A stretch of 64,000 nt of DNA. Source: a virus. The stretch lies in IMG/VR virus record IMGVR_UViG_3300029892_000001; one strand, given 5' to 3'. How positions within the stretch are numbered: position 1 is the stretch's first letter; the number at the start of each line of letters is the position of its first letter. A model generated the notes under the pieces. The model was not told the DNA's origin. It was given only the letters and a program-made list of their open reading frames with translations, and searched no databases. Of the stretch, positions 1 to 9,512 are shown piece after piece. A program made the position numbers and the translations under genes.

Positions 1-795
1 ATGGCAAAGCCTGGAAAGGGTGGGGTTGATTTATGTAGGTCTGACGGATATCCTACAGGACACGTTTTTAGGTTCTTCCGTACGATCTACAAATGGAAGC
101 GCGACTTCCAGGGCCACTTAGTCTTCTGCTATGAAGGAGGGGAACGTCAGCGATACGAGGTGTTTCCCGACTACAAAGCCGGTAGAAAACGAGACCATGA
201 ATTCAACCCTGCGCCGGACGTGAAACGCCTGCTTAGTCTCATCCGCTGTACAGAACTACGACCCGTTGAGGCAGAAGCAGATGACGCTATTGCTGCGTTC
301 GTGAAGAGGAAGCCGAACGCGCTACACCTAGTATTGTCGTCAGACAAGGATTTATGGACGATTAGGGGCCCTAACGTCCAAATCGTTTCATTCCAGGAAA
401 TGCTTTCTGAGCAGGATATCCAAAAATCCTGCGCCAAACACTACGGTGTTGCGGCCCCAAAATCGATCACGTTAGCTAAAGCTCTCTTTGGCGATAAGAG
501 CGACGGACTTCCTGGAGTTCCTCGCTTGCTCAAAAAGCACGTCAGCGAGGTTTTGGAGCAAGCGTCCGACCCTGACGAGTTGTTTGCGATGCTAGACGCC
601 GTTCCTCAGAAGACAGCAGACAAGCTCCGCGAGTACGAGGAGCACATCAGGAAGATGTACAGCGTTGTCCAGCTTCGACCTGATGTAAGGATTCAGCGTC
701 GCGAGAGAGCCGGAGACGAGAGGGCGCTGCGGAAGTTCATCAACGAATTCGAGTGTTCGTCTCTGCAGCCTATGATCAAGCTGATGTGCGCCTGA
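1..795 (+). CDS. 5'-3' exonuclease / flap endonuclease (Pol I N-terminal-like); may be N-terminally incomplete at the window edge
   Basis: Motifs FPDYKAGR, EAEADDAIA, LSSDKDL and H3TH-like ALFGDKSDGLPGVPR. Confidence 0.88.
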   Translation: MAKPGKGGVDLCRSDGYPTGHVFRFFRTIYKWKRDFQGHLVFCYEGGERQRYEVFPDYKAGRKRDHEFNPAPDVKRLLSLIRCTELRPVEAEADDAIAAFVKRKPNALHLVLSSDKDLWTIRGPNVQIVSFQEMLSEQDIQKSCAKHYGVAAPKSITLAKALFGDKSDGLPGVPRLLKKHVSEVLEQASDPDELFAMLDAVPQKTADKLREYEEHIRKMYSVVQLRPDVRIQRRERAGDERALRKFINEFECSSLQPMIKLMCA

Positions 796-815
796 GCAAC
801 CTGTAAAGGGGGCTC

Positions 816-1160
816 ATGGCAAACGACGAAGGCTTTGGGAAGGTGTTCGCACTTGTCGAACACATGTGTGAAGAACTAGTCGACGACTCCGACACACTCC
901 AGATAGATGGAGCGCACGTAGGCGTCACTGGTGCAATCGAGATTACAGGACCTTCAACCGAGATTGCTAAGATCATTGGTTCGAAGCGAACCACGATCTC
1001 GGCCGTTGAGGTGATTGTGAACGCCGTGGCTGCAAAGCACGGGTTCCGCATACTTCTAAACGTAATAAATGACGAACGGCGTCGACAGCTTCAGGGTTCT
1101 CCTGGCGAACTCACCCTGGACTCTGAGGCATTTCGTGGCGTCCGTCAGGAGAATGAATAA
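816..1160 (+). CDS. Small KH-domain protein, KhpA/YlqC-like
   Basis: 114 aa; EIAKIIGSKRTTISAVEVIVNAVAAK resembles the KhpA KH core. Confidence 0.6.
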   Translation: MANDEGFGKVFALVEHMCEELVDDSDTLQIDGAHVGVTGAIEITGPSTEIAKIIGSKRTTISAVEVIVNAVAAKHGFRILLNVINDERRRQLQGSPGELTLDSEAFRGVRQENE

Positions 1161-1624
1161 TGGCTAAAAAGACAGCAAAGATGGCACCTAAGCAGAAGGT
1201 TGTCGTGGGGCTACAAAAGCTTCACGAGAATGCAGTACTTCCTGAAAGGGCCACCAAGGACTCTGCAGGATTTGACCTGTATGCTATCGAGGATGCCAAG
1301 ATCCTACCTGGGGGCCGGACGCTGATTCGAACTGGCGTCGCGATGGAGATCCCTCCAGGTTATGAGGGTCAAGTTCGCCCTCGAAGCGGTCTAGCACTCA
1401 AGCATGGTATCACAGTTCTCAACGCTCCTGGTACCATCGATGCTGACTATCGAGGGGAAGTGCAGGTAATTCTCTACAACACTGGTCCTGCTTACCAGGT
1501 GAAGGCAGGGGAAAAGATTGCCCAGCTTGTCATCTGTAGGTTACCTGATGTTGAGTTCCAGGTCAGCGAGTCCTTGTCCGAGACGGAGCGCGGATCCGGT
1601 GGATTCGGCAGTACAGGTAAGTAA
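1160..1624 (+). CDS. dut: dUTPase (trimeric)
   Basis: AGFDL, RPRSGLA, GTIDADYRGE, KIAQLV, RGSGGFGSTG motifs. Confidence 0.97.
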   Translation: MAKKTAKMAPKQKVVVGLQKLHENAVLPERATKDSAGFDLYAIEDAKILPGGRTLIRTGVAMEIPPGYEGQVRPRSGLALKHGITVLNAPGTIDADYRGEVQVILYNTGPAYQVKAGEKIAQLVICRLPDVEFQVSESLSETERGSGGFGSTGK

Positions 1625-3309
1625 TGTCGAACGAGGACGATGCTCTTTGCGTCCTGAACAACGTACTCTGGGTTCCGTCAGAATACGTAGAGCCGGAAGC
1701 TGAAGAAGAGTTCACATATCGCTTTGAAGAGGTGGAGTACCAACCGATGGTTGATCTCCCTACCCAATGCGCGAATTGTGATCTCTGGGGAAAGAAGTGG
1801 CGCCCAGGTCGAGTCACTTGTGAGTCAAAGGGGTATACACTCGATGACGTTTGCAAGCACTTCACTCACAAAAAGCTTCCTGTAACGAAGGAAATCGTTC
1901 TCCGTACTTACGCAAGGCGAGAAGATGGCTGGACAACGTTTGCTCGTGGAAACATGGGCAAGATTAACCGTGTGTTCGGCCACCTTGGGATCGACGATCA
2001 GCGCGTCGCCCCCAAATTAGGATTCAAGCTAAAGTGTCATCGTAAGCTCTACCCAGAACAGCAAGAAGTCGCTAATGTTTGGCTCAAGAAGGGATACGGA
2101 ATCATCCAGGCCCCCACCGGCTGGGGAAAGACTGTAGTATGGGCTTGGCTGGTTGCGAAGATGGGCTTTCGCGTTCTTCTTTTGGCGCAGGAAGTCCGAC
2201 ATTTGATGGTCGGATTTGAAGGACTCTATGAACACACAAACATAGCCGAGCTGGAAGAGCAGCACGGCGAGCATTTGGTGGGAATTCTCAACAAGGACTG
2301 GAAGTGGGGCACAGATAAGGAGGGGAATCCTGTCCGTAAGTTCGTCAGCCGGCCAGGTAAGTACTACCCTATCACGTTTGCTACCTTCCAGGCTTTGGCT
2401 TCGAAGAGGGGCAAAAAGCTCCGTAAGAAGCTATCCAACTACTTTGGTGTGGTGTGGTGTGAAGAAGCCCACCATGAATCTGCGCCCACATTCCACCAAG
2501 CGACAAGGGCCTTCAACTCATATTACCGAGGCGGCCAGACGGCGACTCCGTCTAGGAAAGACCAGACCCACGTCGCGATATTTGACACGCTTGGGCCAGT
2601 AACTGCACGGGGTCGAAAGGAGCAGATGACACCAATCGTCATCTATCATCCGACAAACATCCACGTGCCTGACCGGGTTTTCAAGGGCAGGTACATGCTC
2701 CCTGTACTAGTCAATTTCCTTGCCAGGAATGCCCATTATCAGGAGGCGTTGTACGAAGAAGTCCTGAAGGAGTGCGAAGAGGGACGTAAGATCCTTGTAG
2801 TCACGGAGCGCAGGAATCACGCGTTTAGACTTCAGCAGAAGCTAAAGCTGCAAGGATTCGGGTGCGAGTTGATGATCGGCGGTCAGGAGCTGAAAGAGCA
2901 AAACTGGTACGCAGAAGAGCTGCTAAGTGGCCGCATAAGCGTGATCATCGGAACCCAAGTGATCAATGAGAACGTCAACATCCCTCCGCTCGATTCAATC
3001 CATCAGCCTTTTCCTAACTTCGGTAAGGAAAGAGAAGAGCAGCGAGTAGGTCGTGTACGCCGTTACTTGTCTGGTGCCAACATCGAGTTTCTGAAGACCC
3101 ACAACATACAGTGGGAGAAGCCGCAACCAAGAGTTCACATATATACCTGGCACTCAAGCCACAGCATGGCTGGCTCGGCGGTGGGATTCAGGGACAAGCT
3201 GTACAAGAAGTGGGGCTTCGATTTTGCCCAAAGTACAGAGAGCCTTCCCAAGGAACGGCGACCTAAGACCATGAAAGAATGGCTTGATTCATTTAAGGAC
3301 GACGAATGA
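1624..3309 (+). CDS. Superfamily 2 DNA helicase
   Basis: Walker A APTGWGKT, motif II variant EEAHH, motif III TATP, motif VI-like QRVGRVRR. Confidence 0.85.
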   Translation: MSNEDDALCVLNNVLWVPSEYVEPEAEEEFTYRFEEVEYQPMVDLPTQCANCDLWGKKWRPGRVTCESKGYTLDDVCKHFTHKKLPVTKEIVLRTYARREDGWTTFARGNMGKINRVFGHLGIDDQRVAPKLGFKLKCHRKLYPEQQEVANVWLKKGYGIIQAPTGWGKTVVWAWLVAKMGFRVLLLAQEVRHLMVGFEGLYEHTNIAELEEQHGEHLVGILNKDWKWGTDKEGNPVRKFVSRPGKYYPITFATFQALASKRGKKLRKKLSNYFGVVWCEEAHHESAPTFHQATRAFNSYYRGGQTATPSRKDQTHVAIFDTLGPVTARGRKEQMTPIVIYHPTNIHVPDRVFKGRYMLPVLVNFLARNAHYQEALYEEVLKECEEGRKILVVTERRNHAFRLQQKLKLQGFGCELMIGGQELKEQNWYAEELLSGRISVIIGTQVINENVNIPPLDSIHQPFPNFGKEREEQRVGRVRRYLSGANIEFLKTHNIQWEKPQPRVHIYTWHSSHSMAGSAVGFRDKLYKKWGFDFAQSTESLPKERRPKTMKEWLDSFKDDE

Positions 3310-3779
3310 CGCGGGATGAAGAAAAGATCCGTGAAAAAATCCTAGAAGTGATCCGCTCTGAGGAAGGCGTAGCCCTCTACCAAGTAGAGCAAGTCACGAC
3401 TGATTTTCCCTTTACGAAAGTCGCGAAGATCCTATACACAATGGCTGACTCGGGGGAAATCGTGATGGAGCGCGGAGACATGGGTACCCACTATTTCTAT
3501 GAACCTCCAACACGACGTAGGTATAAAATCACGGTACGTCAGCAGTCGGACTCGAATCCCGGAGTCCAGACTTCATACGCTAAAACGGACAGCCTAGAAC
3601 GCGTACTCGAATTTGTAACGGCCGCTGTCTCTGCCGGAGCTTGGAGAGTAGAGATCCTCAACGATCCACGGGACCACGCGCCCTTAACGAACGCACAGGA
3701 CCTTGATAAGGCTAGTGACGATTGCTCCTGCCCTCCCGGCATGAAAGATTGCAAGCGGTGGTCTTGCCCTAGGATGTGA
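3306..3779 (+). CDS. Hypothetical protein, N-terminal winged-helix-like, C-terminal Cys cluster
   Basis: GTGA/ATGA-type overlaps with both neighbours; KILEVIR...ILYTMADSGEIVM pattern. Confidence 0.45.
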   Translation: MTRDEEKIREKILEVIRSEEGVALYQVEQVTTDFPFTKVAKILYTMADSGEIVMERGDMGTHYFYEPPTRRRYKITVRQQSDSNPGVQTSYAKTDSLERVLEFVTAAVSAGAWRVEILNDPRDHAPLTNAQDLDKASDDCSCPPGMKDCKRWSCPRM

Positions 3780-4579
3780 GTATGACAGAAGTCTTTTTCA
3801 GCATCGACATCGAAACTGATGGTCCGATTCCCATCAAGAATTCGATGCTTTCGTTCGCTTGCGTTGCGTTCTCTGAGGAGGGTTCGGTACTGGGAAGCTT
3901 CGAGCGCAACCTCACTCCCTTACCTGGAGCAGTGCAAGATGAAAGAACGATGACCGAGTTTTGGGCAAAAGAACCTGAGGCCTGGAACTACTGCACCACA
4001 AACACGGTAGACCCAGCGAGAGCGATGCAGGACTTTGTAGACTGGGTCAAGTCCATCCCTGGCGACCAACGCGTGGCAGTGTGCATGCCTTCAGGTTTCG
4101 ATTTCACCTTCATGTACGTGTACATGATGTACTTCGTAGGTGAGAGCCCGTTCAGCTTCTCGTGCATCGATATGAAGACATACGTCTCCGCCTCAAGAAA
4201 GCAGTCGTACCGCCACTCTGGCAAGAGATCGTGGCCGTCTCGGTGGTTCGATAGAGACCTGCCCCACACCCATAAAGCAATCGATGATGCTATAGAGCAA
4301 GGGCTGACGTTCCTCAAGATGCGAGCAGAGAACCTCTATGGACGTGAGGCAGTGTCCCGGGTGCGCGCCAACTTTTGGAATTCCCGTGGGGGCAAGCCTG
4401 GAACCGTCTTTTCATTCGACGACGGACGAGGACGCATCCAGATCGGAACAGAAATTCTGCCGTTTGCCAAGGCCTCGTTCGTAGGCCCAGAAGATCCTAA
4501 AGTGGGAATGCAGGTCTTCGTAAGTTTCACCAACAAAGGGGGCGTACGCGAGGTCCGTGTAAAGACGGAGTCTGCATGA
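3776..4579 (+). CDS. DEDDh 3'-5' exonuclease with C-terminal OB/cold-shock-like tail
   Basis: SIDIETDG (ExoI), FDFTF (ExoII), HKAIDDAIEQ (ExoIII). Confidence 0.8.
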   Translation: MSMTEVFFSIDIETDGPIPIKNSMLSFACVAFSEEGSVLGSFERNLTPLPGAVQDERTMTEFWAKEPEAWNYCTTNTVDPARAMQDFVDWVKSIPGDQRVAVCMPSGFDFTFMYVYMMYFVGESPFSFSCIDMKTYVSASRKQSYRHSGKRSWPSRWFDRDLPHTHKAIDDAIEQGLTFLKMRAENLYGREAVSRVRANFWNSRGGKPGTVFSFDDGRGRIQIGTEILPFAKASFVGPEDPKVGMQVFVSFTNKGGVREVRVKTESA

Positions 4580-5142
4580 GAACTGGAAAGCGTACGCAAG
4601 ACTTTCACTTCATCAAGACCACTAAGGACGCTCTGTACTACGCGGCCGAAATCCCCTCGACGGCTTGGGGGCCAATCCTGATAGATGAGCCCAGATTCAA
4701 GCTAGTCGTTTTTGACGACGACAACATATCCCCAAAGATTCAGGCTGAGTGGTTTGCTCGCCTGCGTTCAGGGGAGATGTTTTCAAAGCCCTATCTCATT
4801 TTAGTCTCGTCCGATGTCGATGACGACATGTCCATTAGTCAGGGCTATGACCTGATGAAACGAGCACTGGAGCAGGAGATCCGGGTTCAAATTACCGAAT
4901 CCTCCAGAATTCGGGAGGAAGAGGTCAATGACGAGACGGTGTTCATGCTGACCAATATTTATGACGAAGCCCCTCCCGAGAGGATCCAGAGTGTTAGGGA
5001 CTGGTGCCATCGTCACAAGACTTGCTTTAGGCTTCTGTGTGCAACGGGAGACCCTACTGTTTTGATCCGTAGGCTCAAGCTCAAATTCAACGCAGTCTTC
5101 TACCTAGATTCCAACGTAGTAAGTGAGAAGACCTTTGCCTGA
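4576..5142 (+). CDS. Hypothetical replication-associated protein
   Basis: Coupled ORF directly upstream of the DnaB-like gene; alpha/beta pattern, no intact Walker A. Confidence 0.5.
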   Translation: MRTGKRTQDFHFIKTTKDALYYAAEIPSTAWGPILIDEPRFKLVVFDDDNISPKIQAEWFARLRSGEMFSKPYLILVSSDVDDDMSISQGYDLMKRALEQEIRVQITESSRIREEEVNDETVFMLTNIYDEAPPERIQSVRDWCHRHKTCFRLLCATGDPTVLIRRLKLKFNAVFYLDSNVVSEKTFA

Positions 5143-5151
5143 GCGGAGCCT

Positions 5152-6483
5152 ATGAAGATCGTAAGACCCAAAGCAGAGACGAAAGCTATCCTTTCTTGTT
5201 TGCAGAGCCCCAACAAAGTCAAAGTTGAGCTGCTAGGGAGTCTGTCACCGGACCATTTTGGGTATCGTCCGATGCACGGCGCGTACCGCGTTATCGAATC
5301 GATGCTCGTAAAGTCGGCACTAGACCTTCCCTCCATGGAAACCTTCCTGGAGCACCCCGAGCTTGAACAAGATACGGCAGACCTCCTAAAGAGCCCTACT
5401 GTCAGTCCTGTCCAAAGGGTCGACGACGCAAAGAGGCTGTTTGAAACGCTGGAGCACTACCGAGTAATTCGTAGGTTTTATCGCTTCGGGCAGGACAGCC
5501 TAGGAATGCTCAAGCAGGAGAGAAAAGTCGACGTAGACAAGTTGATGGGCGACATGGAGACATGTCTTTCTGACATGCGCTCAGAGGCCGGAGAAGAGAA
5601 GCTATATCACGTCGGAAAAGGAACAGAGCCTGACGAGGCCGACGAACTAATGGAAGAGGTCTTCTCTAACGAGCCCGTCAAACTACTTCCAAGTACCTTT
5701 GGTAACTTCGACAAGGTTACCGGGGGATTCGGCACAACCGACTTGTTCATCCCTGCGAGCCACAAGAAAGGAGGGAAGTCCATTTTGACCCTGAACATGA
5801 CCAGCAACATGTACAGGCTCAATGACGTGGACGTCGTATACATCCCTCTGGAGATGAACAAGCAAGAAACGGCTGAACGTTTGATCTCCCATCTTTCTGG
5901 TGTGGAGCACACTAAGATCCGAACAAAAACCATGGGTTCCCTTGAGCTTACTGCTATGCAGAAGGCTTGGCGTAGGTTCAAGGCACACGGTCTAAAAAAC
6001 AACTGCCGATTCACTGTGTGGCCTGCCAGCCATGTGAGCATCTCTCAACTCCGGATTAAGCTAAAGCCGTTCAAGTACAAGGTTATCGTCATCGACTACA
6101 TCAACCTTCTGGATCATCCCCAGGGGGACAAGATGCAGGACTGGCAGAAGCTAAATGATCTCGCGCGTGATCTGAAGCTTCTGACGAAGGACCTCGGGGC
6201 TTTAATTATCGCACCCACACAGATGAACGAAGACGGCTCTTTGAGATACGCCCGAGGTCTAGCCGAACATGCCAACACCGTCTGGACTTGGAAATATGGA
6301 GAGGAAGAGCAGGGCACTCACATTATCACGATTGACCAGCCTGCTGTCCGAGGATGGGCTCCTTTCAAGTTCCAGCTCCTGGAGGACTTCTCCAGAATGA
6401 CAATTTCGGATCACCATGGAGGTGACCCAGACGTTGACCTGTCGACCAAAACCAAGGTCGATTCTATGAAGGGAATTAGATAG
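5152..6483 (+). CDS. Replicative DNA helicase, DnaB-like (SF4)
   Basis: N-terminal LSPDHF..PMHGAYRVI segment, Walker A-like SHKKGGKS, LEMN, VIDYINLL, APTQMN. Confidence 0.85.
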   Translation: MKIVRPKAETKAILSCLQSPNKVKVELLGSLSPDHFGYRPMHGAYRVIESMLVKSALDLPSMETFLEHPELEQDTADLLKSPTVSPVQRVDDAKRLFETLEHYRVIRRFYRFGQDSLGMLKQERKVDVDKLMGDMETCLSDMRSEAGEEKLYHVGKGTEPDEADELMEEVFSNEPVKLLPSTFGNFDKVTGGFGTTDLFIPASHKKGGKSILTLNMTSNMYRLNDVDVVYIPLEMNKQETAERLISHLSGVEHTKIRTKTMGSLELTAMQKAWRRFKAHGLKNNCRFTVWPASHVSISQLRIKLKPFKYKVIVIDYINLLDHPQGDKMQDWQKLNDLARDLKLLTKDLGALIIAPTQMNEDGSLRYARGLAEHANTVWTWKYGEEEQGTHIITIDQPAVRGWAPFKFQLLEDFSRMTISDHHGGDPDVDLSTKTKVDSMKGIR

Positions 6484-6487
6484 AGGT

Positions 6488-6706
6488 ATGCCTAAAGATT
6501 CGCATGTACAGCTCACTGGCAAGGTGACCGATGTTCATCCTGGTGGCCAGTTCCGCGTTACCATGCCAAATGGCGTCGAAGTGACTGCCAAGCTATGCGG
6601 AAAGATGCGGAAAAACAGAATCCGTGTTATTCTTGGAGATGACGTTGATGTTGCGTTGTCCCCTTATGACCTAACACACGGAATAATCACATTCCGCCAC
6701 AAGTAA
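6488..6706 (+). CDS. infA: Translation initiation factor IF-1
   Basis: 72 aa; GKMRKNRIRVILGDDVDVALSPYDLTHGIITFR is the IF-1 signature; SD GAGG. Confidence 0.97.
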   Translation: MPKDSHVQLTGKVTDVHPGGQFRVTMPNGVEVTAKLCGKMRKNRIRVILGDDVDVALSPYDLTHGIITFRHK

Positions 6707-6710
6707 CCAA

Positions 6711-6959
6711 ATGCGGCCCACCTACGCCCACTGTAACTCTTGCCACGCTAGAATTCAGCTTTTCTCGGACGAAAAACCGGAAAAGTGCCCCCGATGCTCA
6801 AAGCTATTGAGGTACGAAGAATTTGGGGCTTGCGAAAAATGCAAGGGTAAGGTGCCGCTAGGAGTCAAGAACTGCGTAGCTTGCCGCATGACTTCAGATC
6901 CTCAGTTCACTGGAGATCTCCCGGCGAATGGGCCCCACGTTCGAGGCGGAGTAAACTGA
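6711..6959 (+). CDS. Double zinc-ribbon protein
   Basis: Four CxxC pairs in 82 aa. Confidence 0.6.
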   Translation: MRPTYAHCNSCHARIQLFSDEKPEKCPRCSKLLRYEEFGACEKCKGKVPLGVKNCVACRMTSDPQFTGDLPANGPHVRGGVN

Positions 6960-7213
6960 TGAAAGTCCAGTGTTCCTGCGGGTTCAGTGGGTTATTTGCC
7001 GGGGGAGGGCGAATTCCAGCTCAATGCCCTAGGTGCAAGAGAAGCACGTTGACTCAGCCAGCACTAACGAGTGCATGCGCAAATTGCTCATTACACTACC
7101 CACTTTCTAGTACTGCATGTCCTTCATGCAAAGTAGAACGAATTACTCGTCAGCGTTCGAAAGAGAATGGGAGCGCTCCGCAGCCTGACTCTGTACCGCC
7201 CCCTAGGTCGTAA
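6959..7213 (+). CDS. Double zinc-ribbon protein
   Basis: ATG 6959 overlaps upstream TGA (TGATG); CSC, CPRC, CANC, CPSC. Confidence 0.6.
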   Translation: MKVQCSCGFSGLFAGGGRIPAQCPRCKRSTLTQPALTSACANCSLHYPLSSTACPSCKVERITRQRSKENGSAPQPDSVPPPRS

Positions 7214-7599
7214 TGCCCAATTTCATTTCGAAGTCTCAGCTTCTTCGAAAAAAGTACGAAGAGCGAAAACACGATGTAGTGCGAGCCTCGCCGACACCTG
7301 TCAGTGAGGTTTGTTCGTCTTGTTGGTATCGCGATCTTTGCATCTTCAGGACAATTATTCGTCAGCCTCCACGCTCGTGTTGTGTTTACGAGCTTTTTGG
7401 TGAGCGAGGCACAAACGAGACGACTGTCGAAGAGCTTGTAAAGTTCACATGCGACAATCGATGCGCTGCTCGTCAGCGCTGGGTGGGCGACCCTTGCCCT
7501 CACGATGAGCCGTATTGCGAAAACCACTGTCCCGTTTCTAGGTACATCCGAGGGATGGGACCCTCCCACCGTGAAGACGTTCCTTACGAGGGCTACTGA
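7213..7599 (+). CDS. Cys-rich hypothetical protein
   Basis: TAATG coupling; about 10 Cys in 128 aa. Confidence 0.55.
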   Translation: MPNFISKSQLLRKKYEERKHDVVRASPTPVSEVCSSCWYRDLCIFRTIIRQPPRSCCVYELFGERGTNETTVEELVKFTCDNRCAARQRWVGDPCPHDEPYCENHCPVSRYIRGMGPSHREDVPYEGY

Positions 7600-8066
7600 T
7601 GAAGCCTCCGACGTTCGCCTTACCCGTCAAGTACAGCTACAACATCATCCAGCCAAACTTGGCGATGGGCGGAGCGCTCCTGGATTCAAGTGCCGCCTTC
7701 GAGGAGTTTGATATCCTTGTCCTCTGTGCCGGGGAATGGCAGCCGCATGTGACCCTTCCAGATGAGGACCGCTCGAAGCGGGTAATTCGTATCCCCTACG
7801 ACGACAGCAATACAGCGTTGATACCCAGCGTTGTACGTGCTCTGCATGCGGCAGCCGACGAGTTGACGGCAGAGCACAAGGCAGGAAAAAGGATTCTCGT
7901 CACTTGTATGGCGGGACGCAATCGTAGTGGGCTCCTGACCGCCCTGATCTTGATGAAAAGGTTTGGCCTTCCTGCTGCTGAAGCTATTCAGCTAATCAAG
8001 GAACGCCGAGGAGACTTTGCACTCACGAACAATACGTTCACCTCATACCTCTTGAGTCTGAAATGA
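7599..8066 (+). CDS. Dual-specificity / tyrosine phosphatase
   Basis: CX5R loop LVTCMAGRNRS; general-acid loop YDD. Confidence 0.88.
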   Translation: MKPPTFALPVKYSYNIIQPNLAMGGALLDSSAAFEEFDILVLCAGEWQPHVTLPDEDRSKRVIRIPYDDSNTALIPSVVRALHAAADELTAEHKAGKRILVTCMAGRNRSGLLTALILMKRFGLPAAEAIQLIKERRGDFALTNNTFTSYLLSLK

Positions 8067-9139
8067 AAGTCACCTTAGAAGGATCCGCATTTCGCGATGC
8101 GATGAAGACCGTAGCGGTTCTCTTTAACGCCGAAGCAGAAGTCCTAGCTACGTCTGACCCGACAAGCGGCCGTCTCATCCTGGAGGCAGGCCGCAATGGA
8201 ATCTACTGCAAACAGGCTTTAGACGCGAATGTAGAAGAAGCGGGTCAGATCGTGCTGGCTTGCGCCCATTTTGCGCAGCTTTCGTTCTCTGACCAGGTTA
8301 CACTAGTGGCCGACGGGAAACACGTCTCATTTAAGTCTGGTCGATTCAAAGGGACGGTGGCAGGAAGCTCGGATGGGGAAGAAATTGAAGGTTCCCGACC
8401 AGAGAAGCCCTTCAAGGCTAAGGTGTGCGTTCCGACTGAAGTCTTCAAGGCGGCTGTTTCGCGTGTTGCGTTCGGGTCTGCCCTACCTGGAGCCCAAGCA
8501 GGCATCAGGATTCAAGCAGGGGAGCAACTTGTCATCTCCACAACGGATGGTTACCGTGCAACCCTCTTCAAAGAGGACCTTGCGGTGCCGCAGACCGAGT
8601 TCGACGTCCTGCTTCAGCCCGCATTCTTACACACTGTGCTAAGTCGCGTCCAAGACTTGGAAACCCGATTGGGGGTGTTCAAGGGTACATTTAGGCTCAA
8701 GACGGATGTGTTGGACATCTATCACCCAGCGATTCAATCTACACCAGACGATATCGATGAATGGATCTCAAAGGGTATTGATTACGACAAGAGAGCCTGC
8801 CTCATCAAAACAACCGCCGAGGACCTATCCAAGGCAATCCGAGAAGTTAGCTCTATTCATATGGGGGCGGTTGCATACGACACGTATATCGATCTTCTCA
8901 TCAAGGGCAACCGAGCACACTTTAGATGTGCAGCCGATCACGGATCGGCCCAAACCTCCCTCGGGCTCGTATCGGCGGATACTGACAAATTCTTGACCAA
9001 AATATCGTCCAGGTACGCCCTAGAAATGCTCAATCTAGCGAAGGCAGGCGATGTAGAAATTGGATTTTGGGACTCATTCTTGCTGATTTCTGGTGTTTCT
9101 GGTAAGTTCAAGGCTCTCATTCCCACTGTGGCGGCCTGA
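8063..9139 (+). CDS. DNA polymerase III beta (sliding clamp)-like protein
   Basis: 358 aa; STTDGYRATL matches the clamp ATDGHRL motif; alternating beta/alpha repeats. Confidence 0.75.
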   Translation: MKVTLEGSAFRDAMKTVAVLFNAEAEVLATSDPTSGRLILEAGRNGIYCKQALDANVEEAGQIVLACAHFAQLSFSDQVTLVADGKHVSFKSGRFKGTVAGSSDGEEIEGSRPEKPFKAKVCVPTEVFKAAVSRVAFGSALPGAQAGIRIQAGEQLVISTTDGYRATLFKEDLAVPQTEFDVLLQPAFLHTVLSRVQDLETRLGVFKGTFRLKTDVLDIYHPAIQSTPDDIDEWISKGIDYDKRACLIKTTAEDLSKAIREVSSIHMGAVAYDTYIDLLIKGNRAHFRCAADHGSAQTSLGLVSADTDKFLTKISSRYALEMLNLAKAGDVEIGFWDSFLLISGVSGKFKALIPTVAA

Positions 9140-9510
9140 TGTCCTCCAAGGAACCTGTAATTCCGTGGAATACCTTCCCCGAGGGGAAGATCGTTGCGCA
9201 CTCCGATACTGTTTGGGTTGTCCGAACCGGTGTCGTTGTGAACAGACCTAAGCGCCTCAAACGATTTGAGGACAGTTATGTGTCCCTAGCATCAGTTGAG
9301 GGAGAGGGAAATTCCGTCTTAGGGTACATCCTCCAACTAAAGCGAGATATCCAGAAAGTCTTTGCCCAGGACTCATACGTCTCGTTTCTTGCAGATGTGC
9401 CAGCCCACAAAGATCCGAAGATTCTGTTCAAGGACCAAAAGGTCTACCTGTATCGGTTCAACAGTACCAAGAACCCGAGTTACTGGTTCTTGTTTCGAAA
9501 CAGAGCCTGA
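9139..9510 (+). CDS. Hypothetical protein
   Basis: TGATG-coupled ORF, 123 aa. Confidence 0.55.
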   Translation: MSSKEPVIPWNTFPEGKIVAHSDTVWVVRTGVVVNRPKRLKRFEDSYVSLASVEGEGNSVLGYILQLKRDIQKVFAQDSYVSFLADVPAHKDPKILFKDQKVYLYRFNSTKNPSYWFLFRNRA

Positions 9511-9512
9511 TC

